Below, in pieces: positions 13,786 through 29,626 of a stretch of 64,000 nt of DNA. Under the pieces are notes generated by a model that saw nothing but the letters and a program-made list of their open reading frames with translations, was not told the DNA's origin and did no database searches. Each line of letters starts with the position of its first letter. Positions within the stretch are counted from its first letter, which is position 1. Source of the DNA: Eledone cirrhosa (taxonomy: Eukaryota); the NCBI GenBank assembly GCA_964016885.1, contig OZ024740.1:413044001-413108000 (forward strand). Reading direction: 5' to 3'. The position numbers and the translations under genes are program-made.

Positions 13786-13888
13786 GATGAATATAAGTCA
13801 GTAGAGTCTCAACCGAAGGAGCCAAAGGGTGAAAGCAGCGATTCTTTGCTTAAACTTTAATCTGTTATTTTAATAAATATACATATAT

Positions 13889-13939
<51 letters not shown>

Positions 13940-14022
13940 CATACATATATATATATACATACACACACACGTACATACATACACCTACATATACACATAT
14001 ACACACATGCACACATATACAC

Positions 14023-14059
<37 letters not shown>

Positions 14060-14843
14060 AAAATATACACATATATACACATATACACACACACGCATAT
14101 ATATATATATATACACATACACATATATATGTATATATATATATATACATACACATACATACATACACACATACATACATATACATATATATATACACAT
14201 ACATACACACATACACACATACATATATACACACATATATATACACACATACATACACACACACACACATACATACACATATATATAAATATATACATAT
14301 ACACACATATATATACACATATACACACACACATATATACACACGCATATATACATATATACACATATACACACATATACACATATACATATATATATAT
14401 ATATATAAATAAATATATACACATACATACATACGCATACATACACATATATATAAATATACATATATATACACATATATATAATACATACACATACACA
14501 CATACATATATACACATACACACACATATATATATATATATATACATATACACACACATACCCATATACACATGTGCACACATACACATACATACACATA
14601 CAAATACATACACATACAAATACATACACATACATATACACACATACACACAAATATATACACATACAAATAAATAAGTACTCAATAAATATACGCATAT
14701 ACGCAGGCACATAAAACCTCTACAGGCAGAAAATGTAGATAGGTAAGAGGTACTCACATAACCATAGTGGCCGTATTTCAGGTTGAGGAGAGGTGGGGGT
14801 ATGGTGGGAAGGAGGTATAGGGGCCAATAGGAGGAGGTCGTTT

Positions 14844-15175
14844 TTAGCCATCGGGCTTTAACACTGGCTTAAAGTGTTTGAAAGTTGCAAAGTTCTTGTG
14901 CATGCAATTCGGGCAGTGTTCAGAGAGTTTGTTCAGTAGCGGGCCCTTGGCGAATAAAATTTCGTAGCTCTCTGAAATAGAAAGGTCGCAGCCCTTGTGT
15001 CCTCCGTTGTAAGAGCGCGCTTTCTGGAGTATTTTCCATTTAAGCGTGAAGGGGGTGGAGTTCCTTTTGAGGTCCCAAACATAGGAGGCGAGTGTTGTCT
15101 GGTTTGATTTGTCCGGTCTTCTGAAGGAGTGGGTATGGGCATACCAACGGGTCTTAAAGTTGTTGGTGGTCATGC
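14844..15175 (-). pseudogene. GIY-YIG endonuclease C-terminal fragment of PLE A
   Basis: Homologous to the C-terminus of 11655-12305; both end in P(D/N)G*. Truncated at the YIG motif. Confidence 0.85.
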
Positions 15176-15193
15176 CATATATATGTGTATATA

Positions 15194-15300
<107 letters not shown>

Positions 15301-15345
15301 GTATGTATGTATATATGTATGTGTGTGTGTGTGTATGTATATGTG

Positions 15346-15383
<38 letters not shown>

Positions 15384-15403
15384 TGTATATGTATATATGT
15401 GTG

Positions 15404-15442
<39 letters not shown>

Positions 15443-15491
15443 ATGTATATATGTATATGTGTGTGTATGTGTATGTATATATATGTGTGTG

Positions 15492-15527
<36 letters not shown>

Positions 15528-15541
15528 TGTGCGTGCGTATA

Positions 15542-15682
<141 letters not shown>

Positions 15683-15817
15683 ATATGTGTATATGTATGT
15701 GTATGTATGTATTTATATGTGTATGTGTGTGTGAGTGTGTGTATGTGTGTATATATATATATATATATGTGTATATGTGTGTACATGTATGTGTATGTAT
15801 GTGTATATATATATATA

Positions 15818-15896
<79 letters not shown>

Positions 15897-16569
15897 GTAT
15901 ATATATATGTATATATATATATAAATATATGTATGTATGGTGTTTGTGTGTGTGTATATATATATGTGTGTGTATGTATGTATGTGTATGTAATTGTATA
16001 TATGTATATATATATATATATATATATTTATACGTGTGTGTGTGTATATGTGTGTATATGTGTATGTGTATGTGTGTTTATGGGTGCGCGCGAGTGTGTG
16101 AGTGAGTGTGTTTTGTGAATGTGTCTGTTGATTTTTGGCATATAGTTGAATAGTTTAAGAGAAATTTGAAGCTAATTGTAAGATATGCACTCAATATTTT
16201 GAATTTGTCTACAGAATTCTCTAAACCTTTGTCACTTAGTAGAACGTTAATGAATTTAGCTTTTAAAGAGTCTCCCTTTCCTTTAAATCTATCTACCATG
16301 ACTGACCCCCCACTGATCTTATAGACACCTGTTAGCTTAAGAGAAACTTAATAATAAGGAGTGGCATGCCATCCTGAACCTGTTTATAGAATTCTGTCTG
16401 CCTTTGTTACTCTAAAAACAAAAATAAATAAAAATAAACTATAGCTTTGTAGAATTAGCTTTTAATGAATTCCCTTTTTTATCACCCAATGACCTACACC
16501 CATCCCACTCCCCACCCTCTCCTACCACTTGTAGAGACCTATAAATACCATACTTATTTTTTGATACCC

Positions 16570-16620
16570 AGATTCCTGATGATTTCTAAAGAATGAAACA
16601 GTTCTAGTCCTTTAGAATCT
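16570..16620 (+). ncRNA. Hammerhead in the inverted pseudo-LTR of PLE A (stem III mutated)
   Basis: Identical to 8697-8747 except CUG to CUU in stem III. Confidence 0.75.
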
Positions 16621-16635
16621 CATCTATATTTAAAC

Positions 16636-16681
<46 letters not shown>

Positions 16682-17064
16682 GTACATGTCTATGTATGTA
16701 TGTTCTCTTTTCTTAATTTTGCGTTTATACTTGATCGGCTACGTTCCCGTTGGCAAATTGTAAAGTAAAAGAAAGATTTATCGTCCTTTTATTGTGTTGA
16801 TCTTTGAATCATAAGAATCTGTTACCAATTTTCAAGTTTCCAAATCCGGTTCGCGTCGTTTGTCTCAAATATGCAAGTATTAAGTATTATTTCTTATATT
16901 CAGTTCTCATAACCTACAAATACATGAAATGAATTAATAGGGCTTTCTTGCATTTGTACATTGAAGGGGGGAATTATTTCCATGAAGGAGATGTGTGTAT
17001 TTCATCAAGCAAAAATCCACCCTCTACACCTCAATGCAAGGAAATCATTCACAAATGAGTATTT

Positions 17065-17300
<236 letters not shown>

Positions 17301-19199
17301 GTATCATGTATGTTGTAATATATTTGATTGCACATTGGTTGTTCAGAGCGTATAAATTGCAGTGTAAGTCAGGATAAAAAAGCGTTGTAAAATAGGCAGA
17401 CGACAAAATTAGTTTACAATGAAATGTTTAATCTCTACCGTTACAATGGTGTGCCTGTTATTTTCCACTCACATTCTCTAACATGAAAAAGAAATTAATT
17501 ACTATCTACAGACAAACGTGTTTCTGCTTTTCGTCACGATGATGTCTAACATATGAAATTATTGCAATCATTTTCTGAAATGATGTGTTATATCTTGGTG
17601 AAAGTAATAGGTACTCTATTAAATATATTTCATCGGTAAGGTTAGCAAGGTGAATTACCTCCAATATCTTCGATTTCTGAAGAAACTAATGATATATCAA
17701 AATAGAATCATTAATCATATTTTGGTGATATATAGAACGTATGAATTATTGCTTCTCACAATTCACTTCAAGAGCACAAGTTCCAGTTAAGAAGACTAAC
17801 TTAGATATATTCACAAATACCCTGATAAGCACACATGTTTTATATATCTGTATCATCTTCGAAATCCACCTAACATTGAGAGATTAATATTTCTGATAAA
17901 GCGGAAAGTTACTCGCGATTATATAAATCCAGGTATCTAATCCTTAATTGGCCTTCGTAAATTATTGGAGTCAATTTCACTCACTTTCTCTGATACTCTC
18001 CCACTCATTATGTTCTTTTTATCCCTTCCCCTTCTCTCTTCTCTCTCTCCCTCCCTCCGCTCTCATCCGACATTACGATATGTAAGCTGAGCCCGAGTTC
18101 AACACAGTTTCGTTTTTTTCCATTAGAAACATGGGAAATTATGAGTCTCCCTGATTAGAAAATATACATTTAAAACCAAATCCTGAATAGGTTACCTTGC
18201 AGGGTAGTTGCACTGTTTGCTTCTTCGAGGATACATTTATTCATTTAGTGGCAAATCATAAATCACTTTAAACACCCATCATATTTTCGATATTCCTAAT
18301 CACATCAGCCTCAGTAGTCGCACAGCTACACTTTGAATATTTAAGATACATGCTGCATAGTTACCACGGGATCGTTAACGGAAACCATTGCTACATTCTC
18401 CTCAAGATATAATTCGCTTACTTGTAGTAACAGATGGTGATGCAGAATTTGCATAAATCTTTCTTTGCAACTACAATGCATTGCATTTATCCTTCTTACG
18501 TATAGCTGAAAATATTTGCTTTTAAATACACTCTTCACAAATTCTCGCCAACGAATTATCAGTCTGCAAGACTCTTATAAGTTTCATTTCTGGTTCAGGG
18601 TTATACCACGTATTTATATATTATTGCTATATATCCTGGAAGCCAGATAGTGCTGAAATGTTTCATAATCACTGAAATATCAATGAAAAGTGCAAGAAAC
18701 AGAAAATGAGGTATGGTGCCTGGTTTTATTCTATAAATGCTTACTGTGCTACCGTGCCGAACCAACATTTCTACTATAAATATTATTAAGAATAAATATA
18801 CAAACCTTATGCTATCTCGACCTAGATAAGACATTGTTTCTAAATGTATATCTTACCATATTTGAATGTAGCAGGGACAGCGTTAATATACAGAAAAATA
18901 GTTTCCGTTAATACGCTTTCAAAGGATTTATAAATGCTAAGTGGTCCTCACGAAGGGGTAGTATTTATTAGAGTGGAGGGGTAAAAGGAATAAGGAAACG
19001 TAAGTCTTATATAAGGAACTGAATAAATATTGATAGGAAGGATTTTATTATAAATGTAGAGAGTGAAAAGGGTTTCTTAGATAATGGGGATTACTATTGT
19101 CTGGATTCCTTAGAATATTTGCATATTTAACCTATTTTGGATACCGTTTTCAGGGTTTCTTTTGTCTTCATCTTCCTACGCATATTCCCTTTTGTTGGT

Positions 19200-19430
19200 A
19201 CGTTGGGCTAAGGAGCCCAGACTCTTCAAATACCGGTCGCTCTCTGACAGGTTTGCGGTCGTACCCTTGGCAGTGGAGACTTATGGTGTCCTCGGCCCTA
19301 GGGCTATCTACCTGCTCACCACCATAGGTGCTGAGCTGGCCGGACGCAGGTTTGAGCCTCGCTAGCTGGAATGACTTTTCCAGCTCGTCTCCCTTTCCAT
19401 CCGCCAGGGCTGTGGGGAGGCCACCAATAT
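19200..19430 (+). mobile_element. CRE-clade non-LTR retrotransposon 3' fragment (restriction-like endonuclease C-terminus)
   Basis: Translates KYRSLSDRFAVVPLAVETYGVLGPRAIYLLTTIG...EPR*LE*LFQLVSLSIRQG, matching the CRE-type pattern KY..F.PLAVET.G..G...QRLS.AIQRG. GC-rich island. Confidence 0.7.
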
Positions 19431-19772
19431 GATTGACTGATTTGTCATTTTATCAGTCAGATGTTTTTAGACATCACCCAGTTAATTATATAAAAGTTTA
19501 GTGTCAAATATCATGACATCTAGAATACTACAATATATCTGTCAGTGTGCCTGTCTATTCCTAAATATAGTTGTCTCTCTTGTAGGTCAGTAAACTGTAT
19601 GTCAATTACGGTAAAGTTTTGTATCTGTTTTGGACATGTTGGTTCTACCGTCATAATTAAACTTTGAGTATCTTAAGTTCGTTTAATGTTTTGTGTTCTT
19701 TATATGTGTTTTCGTAGTGTATTTGTTATATTTTGATTTTTGGTTTCGTACGCTATTCATTTTATTATTAAT

Positions 19773-19903
19773 CGCCGTGGTTAACTTTGCTTTTCATCCT
19801 TATGGGTTCGATAAAATAAAGAACCGGTAATGCACTGGGGTCAATTTAATCGACTTTCCCTCCCCTAAAGTTGTTGGCCTTGTACCTAAATCAAAAATCA
19901 TTA
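19773..19903 (+). mobile_element. 5'-truncated Meta-core SINE
   Basis: GTTAACTTTGCTTTTCATCCTTATGGGTTCGATAAAATAAAGAACCGG..GGCCTTGTACCTAAA. Confidence 0.75.
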
Positions 19904-19959
19904 TCGCTCCGTAATTTTTTTTTATTTTCAAGTATTTTTGCAGTCATTGGTATATTTTT

Positions 19960-21275
19960 GTTATACACTATTATATACATTACCCAGTGCTAAGGCAACC
20001 CCATAATATTTGGGCCTTGGACCAAAATATCTCAACTCTAACGTTGAGCTAAATGAAACACTCTCCACAACCAACACATTGGGGATAACCAACAACACTT
20101 TAAGCAGTATTGCCATAATCAACAACTGCAGAAGCAACAACACGAACAGAAAGACCACAAACTAAACCAATAACGAAAACAAAAAAAAACAACACTGTGA
20201 AAAACGACACCAACAACAGCAACAAGAGCAGCAACAACAAAAACAACAAAATAACGACACAACCAACACCAGCACCAGTAGCAACAACAACAAAGTGAAT
20301 AACTAAAACAACAAGAACACGTTCGTTGCCGTTACAGATATGGAAAGACCGGACGACCGCATTTCTTAAGGCGCCTGGAAGCCTTTTCTGGGAACAACTC
20401 ACTCTTTACTTTTAGCGTGGTACTGGAACGACATCTTTGGCGCAAGCTGAGATTGTGTTGGAGCAGCTGATAGAAGCAAGGTTTGCAAAAGTCTCAAGTA
20501 CCCTAGTAACCAGTTCCAACTCTCTGACAGGTAACGATTAGATTTCCCTAATAGACTAGTGTGGAATGGCCAAACCGCATAGATCGTATATATATACGTT
20601 TTTCATTAGGACAATAGATAGGAATAGTGTAGGCTGTCCACATTTTCAAACAGTCGCAACACAAAGATTCAAATGTCAGAGCTAAGCTGCATGCTCTAAA
20701 CAAATAGGGAACGAAAGCTGTTCAATGGGCATCGCCGCCTTTTTTTTTTACCTGAAATAACAGGCAGTTTTTTGGTCTGGTGGTTGTGGCGAAAGAGGTT
20801 GTGCCGTTGATACGACTGAAATGAATGAAAACCAAATGACTTTCCTGTACGACCAAAACCTTGTCAACTTTTACAAGCTCCACATATAAAGGAGTGTGAG
20901 TAGGGAGAGAGAAGATTTGTTTCTAAGCACATTTGTTAAAAGGTAAGTGAATATAGAATGAATGGCCCCAGTAGATGCACCTTTGCAAGGAGCGCCTCTC
21001 CTTTCGACAGTCTGATCATGCACCTGTATACAGGAGAGTTTGTTGGGGAGAACTTGGTGCTCCTAGTGATTTGGGTGATTCCAAATCAGGGTATTCCCTA
21101 ACCCTGGGTTGTACTCTCCCCAATTGGGTAATTTCTACTGTTATAAATATCTTGAATATTGTTCTCAGTTTCATATTTTTACAGGTTTTCAATATTTTGT
21201 AAATCCCTACCGCCTCTCTCTTTTATATTGTCCTACCTTTTACAGCAAACGTGATCAATAAAGAAATAATTATCT
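19960..21275 (+). mobile_element. Old, internally deleted Tx1-like copy
   Basis: 20770-20970 aligns by eye to the ORF2 3' end (GGCGAAAGAGGTTGT.., GGAGAGAGA.., GAATGGCCC). It ends with AATAAAGAAAT + TATC-like tail. The AAC-rich 20050-20320 segment resembles the poly-Asn start of ORF1 (weaker). Confidence 0.6.
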
Positions 21276-21309
21276 TATCGCCGTCATTATCAACAATAAA
21301 CAAACTAAC

Positions 21310-21444
21310 AACTCCAGCACCACCACCAACACCACCATACCACCATCACCACCATCACCACCGCCACAAGCCCCATCACCATCATAACTACGACCATCAC
21401 CACCACCACGAGCAAAACCACCACAACAACAAGCAGCAACGCCG

Positions 21445-21509
<65 letters not shown>

Positions 21510-21510
21510 G
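21310..21510. repeat. (CAC)n and (TAC)n trinucleotide repeats
   Basis: Visible directly. Confidence 0.95.
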
Positions 21511-21604
21511 ATGCTGCTATTAACATTGTGCTTCTCCTATAGTGATAATATAATATTGCAGGCTTACGTTGAATTCACTATATATATGTGTATATATATA
21601 TATA

Positions 21605-24097
<2,493 letters not shown>

Positions 24098-24099
24098 AT

Positions 24100-25978
24100 A
24101 TATATATATGTATGTATACGTACATACATATATGTGTACAGGCGCACAGTAGTATGTATATATATATACATACATGCACACATATATATATGTACGTATG
24201 GGTTTACCGAACATTTATTATAATGTTCGGTTTGTTTGTAAACAAACAGCCCGAATTACGCCGTACAGTGCTCGGCAACCATCGTTGTTCATTTGTTCAA
24301 CACTGACAAAGGAACGCTGTACTAGTTTCAAGCTTATTAGCTATCGTCAGCATCGTATACCTTTCTGTCAAATGATTAAACGTCTGAAAGTATATAATTT
24401 CCTTATGCATATTAACGGCTGAGAAGCCTAATTTGCATATCGAGTGGGTTAGTCGGCCGAGCATAACGACAACGATGAATGGAAAAGAATGAAACACAAT
24501 GTCATTTCTCACTCTTAGTATGGCTGATACCTAAATAGAAGTATGTATACGTACGCACACATATATGTGTACAGACGCCCAGTAGTATGTATATATATAT
24601 ATATACACACATGCACACATATATATATATATGTACGTATGGGTTTCCCGAACATTTTTTATAATGTTCGGTTTATTCGTAAACAAACAGCCCGAATTAC
24701 ACTGTACAGTGCTCGTCAACCATCTTCGCTCTTTTGTTCAACACTGACACAGGAACGATGTACTAGTTTCAAGCTTGTTAGCTATCGTCAGCATCGCATA
24801 CCTTTCTGTCAGAAGATTGAACGTCTGAAAGTATATACTTTCCCTATGTATATTAACGGCTGAGCAGCCTAATTTGCATCGAGTTAGTTAATCGACCGAG
24901 GATATCGAAAACGATAAATGGAAAAGAATGAAACAAAATTTCATTTCTCACTCTTAGTACGGCTACTACCTAAATATAAGTATGTATACGTACGTACATA
25001 CATATATGTGTACAGGCGCACAGTAGTATGTATATATATATACATACATGCACACATATATATATATATATGTACGTATGGGTTTACTGAACATTTTTTT
25101 TAAATGTTCGGTTTGTTTGTAAACATATATATATACATACATGCACACACATATATATATATAAGTACGTATGGGTTTACTGAACATTTTTTATAATGTT
25201 GGATTTGTTTGTAAACAAACAGCCCGATTTACGCCGTCCAGTGCTCGGCAACCATCGTCGCTCTTTTGTTCAACACTGACACAGGAACGATGTGCTAGTT
25301 TCAAGCTTATTAGCTATCGTCAGCATCGTATACCTTTCTGTCAGATGATTGAACGTCTGAAAGTATATACAAACAAAATGTTCGGTAAACCCATACGTAC
25401 ATATATATATGTGTGCATGTATGTATATATATACATACTACTGTGCGTCTGTACACATATATGTATGTATGTACATATACATACTTATATTTAGGTATCA
25501 GCCGTACTAAGAGTGAGAAATGGAATTTCGTTTCATTCTTTTCCATTTATCGTTTTCGGTATGCCCGGCCTACTAACTCACTCGATATGCAAATTAGGCT
25601 GCTCAGCCGTTAATATGCATAGGGAAAGTATATACTTTCAGACGTTCAATCATCAGGAAGGTATATGATGCTGAGGATAGCTAATAAGCTTGAAACTAGG
25701 ACATCGTTCCTGTGTCAGTATTGAACAAAACGGCGACGATGGTTGCCGGGCACTGTACGGCGTAATTCGGGCTGTTTGTTTACAAACAAAGCCAATATTA
25801 TAAAAAATGTTCGGTAAACCCATACGTACATATATATATATATATGCGTGCATGTATGTATATATATATATATACATACTACTGTGCGTCTGTACACATA
25901 TATGTATGTACGTATACATACTTATATTTAGGTATCAGCCGTACTAAGAGTGAGAAATTAAATTTCGTTTCATTTTTT

Positions 25979-25980
<2 letters not shown>
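24100..25980 (-). repeat. Tandem (~440-nt unit) plus inverted array of hammerhead-containing non-coding repeats (retrozyme-like)
   Basis: About three direct units at 24100-25370 and about 1.4 inverted units at 25371-25980. Hammerhead motifs at 24315-24355, 24756-24796 and 25288-25328 (-) and 25666-25706 (+). Confidence 0.9.
24756..24796 (-). ncRNA. Minimal type I hammerhead ribozyme (best copy in the array)
   Basis: CGAUG-CUGACGA-UAGCU(AACA)AGCUU-GAAA-CUAG-UA-CAUCG: complete core, perfect stem I, palindromic stem III, GUA site. Confidence 0.9.
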
Positions 25981-26058
<78 letters not shown>

Positions 26059-26147
26059 ATATATAAATATATGTGTGTGTGTATATATAAATATATATAT
26101 ATACATATATATACATATATATACATATGTGTGTGTGTGTCTGTATG

Positions 26148-26226
<79 letters not shown>

Positions 26227-26890
26227 TATTCACATGAAATAGTCAATATAAAGTCTAATATTATATTCCAATACAATCCACTTATTCCACTCTCTTGCAT
26301 ACGTTATAATCGGATGCGAGATTTTGCCTTTCAGTTTATAGTTAATAGGATTTGAGTTTCTTTTGTTTAAATAAAACCCTAGGAAACTTGGTGACTTTGA
26401 TGTGTGTCTGAACAGTTTCATGTCTATATGATATTTAGCTATGCTAAATATTAGTATGCAGTCATGTTTACATCGGTGTAGTCGAATGCTATAACATTAC
26501 AGCTGATCATAAAATATACTTTGAGCTAACATCAATTCACAAAATATATACATATGTAAATATGCTGGTGATTTATTGAAACATTCATTACAGTAATCCA
26601 TAAATATTGATGTGGCCATATAATCGAGTGTTATATACTTGATGTAATGAATTAAAACCACAAAGGAAAAGGTGCTCATATTAACATATGTATGATAATC
26701 TATAATCTATCTATTGATATACATATTTTCAATCTCTTCTGAATTATTATCTTGTCAAAAATCGGTACAGAAAGAGGCATATACAGAGAAACACAAATAC
26801 ACACTCACACAAGGACACACACACACACACACACACACCACATACACACACACACACACAGCCTCACACAAACACACACACATATATATA

Positions 26891-26943
<53 letters not shown>

Positions 26944-27299
26944 ATATGAGTATGTATCAGAGAGAAAGTGAAAGCGAGAGAGTGAGTGCGTGGGTGTGAG
27001 TTTGTATAAAATGGCTATTATAATATTTCATTTCTCTACATGATATTTATAATGTAACTCCAACATATTTATCTAAATGCCTTGTGTATATCTATAATAA
27101 ATGTACATCATCGGTGACCTCTTTCGTGGGAATCATTTCTCACAATTTGACATTTAGGCCGATGTTATCTTTTAATTGATACTCTGACCGACTGTTCGTA
27201 GTGGAGTCTGGCTCTATATGGTGATATGGATAACCAAAATAAAACAAGATGCAGATCAATTGTAACCTTAGTTCCCATATATTAGACTCTACATGTAAT

Positions 27300-27483
27300 A
27301 ATTGTTTCGACTTTTGGCACACGGCCAGCATTTAGCCAGTGCATTACTGGTACTTTATTTTATCGACCCCATAAGGATGAAAGGCAAAGTTAACATCGGC
27401 GGGATTTGAACTCAGAATGGCAACGGCCGTAACTCTATGCGTCAAAGCATGGCGTCCGACCCTCTACCGATACTGCCAATCCG
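27300..27483 (-). mobile_element. Meta-core SINE
   Basis: Reverse complement of the 2377-2570 family; GTAATAAT on both sides is a possible TSD. Confidence 0.85.
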
Positions 27484-27751
27484 TAATAATATTAGTGTGT
27501 ATAATACACTAGTATTATTCCGGACAACAAAATATAAAATGAAATATTGTTACATCTGGATATTGTACAATAACGAAATAGTTGAAAAAATATCCAACAT
27601 CTTTTATGGTGAAATAGAATATTGCATATCAAATATTGTTGCAGATTGTTTTTATATCATGTACACGAACGATTTTATTTCCAGTACCAAACTGCTTCTA
27701 AAATATAGACGCATACATACTCACACACACACACACACACACACACTCGCA

Positions 27752-27817
<66 letters not shown>

Positions 27818-27819
<2 letters not shown>

Positions 27820-28485
27820 AATTCATATCTAGTAACATATATATACATACAGATGCATATCAATGCTAGCAATAATTCAGTGGATAGGAAATAGCGAAGC
27901 GTGGACTGAATTCCAAGCCATTGATAAAATCGCTGCCTCTACGTCTGTGGCAAATTCAAAAAGAATCGAACACGTGACATCGAGGTCAATCAGTGGAAAG
28001 TGGTTTGCTAATAAGACAGCGGCCTGCCTACAACCGTAGCAGCAGTCATGGCCAATATTGCTCGACAAATAATTTGGAGATAATAATAAAGAATTCATAT
28101 CTAGTAACATATATATACATACAGATGCATATCAATGCTAGCAAATATATAGGTTTTGTCTTAATAACAGTGTGGTTCAATGCATGGGGTTGCAGAACAA
28201 TAATATAAGAGACGTAAAATAAGAAAATTATAAAATTAACTTACTTACTAAAATATCACTTCCAACTAATTAGTTTCTGGAATGGAGTAAATATATTTTC
28301 CGAACAATAATATGGAGAAGCATTCCGTCGTCAGGAAAGTCTATTCTCATGTAAGTTTCCAGGCAAAGCGAGGACACTGGAAACTTATTAAAAAATAATT
28401 CAGTGGATAGGAAATAGCGAAGCGTGGACTGAATTCCAAGCCATTGATAAAATCGCTGCCTCTACGTCTGTGGCAAATTCAAAAA
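27818..28485 (-). mobile_element. Non-coding hammerhead unit with permuted direct repeats (solo pseudo-LTR or retrozyme-like)
   Basis: Block A 27818-27872 = 28089-28143; block B 27872-27961 = 28394-28483; hammerhead at 28258-28340. Confidence 0.75.
28258..28340 (-). ncRNA. Type I hammerhead with extended stem II
   Basis: ACUUUC-CUGACGA-C-GGAAUG..CAUUCC-A-GAAA-CUAAUUAG-UU-GGAAGU; palindromic stem III; GUU site. Confidence 0.8.
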
Positions 28486-28550
28486 ATATATATATACATA
28501 CATACATACATACATACATACATACATACATACATACATACATACATACA

Positions 28551-28850
28551 TCTATATATATAAAACTGAGGATGTCTGCCTGTGTATATGTGTGTGTGAG
28601 TTTGAATCCCTAAAACCCGAGAACCACCCAACCGACTGTTTTCAAACTTTACACCAATAATACTTGTTTCAGGGAGTGTTCTGAGGGGAAAAAATGTCAA
28701 ATTTTCAATGCCCTAGGGATTAGGCGATTTAGCGATCCCTCTCTATAATTCTCATTCTTTCTCTTTTTAGATAGATACACACATATAACATCGCGCCCTT
28801 ATAATATCTGTCTGTATGTCTGGTTGTCTGCATTACTCACTTCCCTGAGG

Positions 28851-28886
<36 letters not shown>

Positions 28887-29491
28887 CTATGAGTTTGAAT
28901 CCCTAAAACTCGAGAAGTACTCAACCGACCTTTTTAAAACTTTACATGTGTATTACTTATGTTTCAGGGAGTGTTATGCACTTTAAATTGAACTTTTTTT
29001 ATCCCCTAGGGCCCGCATTAGTTGAAAAACTCCGTTTTTTTCAGGTTTTTAGGAGTTTTTTTAGTCCTTACGTCAGACTGATTTCCTTGAACTTGTAACT
29101 ATGTATTAGTCAGTCTCTTCTTCATATTGTGAGCAAAGAAAATCCAACTCTTGTATGGCCTAGGGCCCGCATTAGGTGAAAAACCTCATTTTTTTAAAGC
29201 TTTTTAGGGCTTTTTTGAGGCGTTACGTCTAACCGATTTTTCCCGAAATTTCAAGGCATATTATACACATAAATAAATTCATTTTCTTGATCCCCTAGGG
29301 CCCGAATTAGGTGAAAACCTGCATTTTTCCTGCTTCATCGAGGAAAATCTTAAAGATTATCCAGCCATGAAGAGTATTCGGTTTATTTACTTTACATATT
29401 GTCCAGGCATGCTGTTTATCCACGATTAGGTCTGTTGGCGGTCCGTGTTCCATAATAACTTATCCCGTGCAACGCCGGGTACCACTGCTAG
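28551..29491 (+). mobile_element. Non-autonomous Helitron
   Basis: 5' A|TC(TATATATATAAAA); 3' hairpin CCCG-TGCAACGC-CGGG followed by CTAG|T. Three internal ~140-155 bp repeats carry CCTAGGGCCCG.ATTAG.TGAAAA. Confidence 0.85.
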
Positions 29492-29519
29492 TATATTATA
29501 TATGTATATATTTCTCTAT

Positions 29520-29626
<107 letters not shown>

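Larger units (their letters stand above)
10718..13879 (-). mobile_element. PLE 'B': near-complete element nested in a (TA)n tract of PLE A
   Basis: Complete ORF region, 3' pseudo-LTR 11650-10718, short inverted pseudo-LTR piece 13825-13879, (TA)n on both sides. ~140-bp internal duplication at 10970-11235. Confidence 0.92.

Noticed and set aside
24100-25980. CRISPR array or repeated small protein gene (ORFs 24174, 24543, 25171)
   Set aside because: There is no repeat-spacer structure. The ORFs differ in start and stop between units and lie antisense to the hammerheads.
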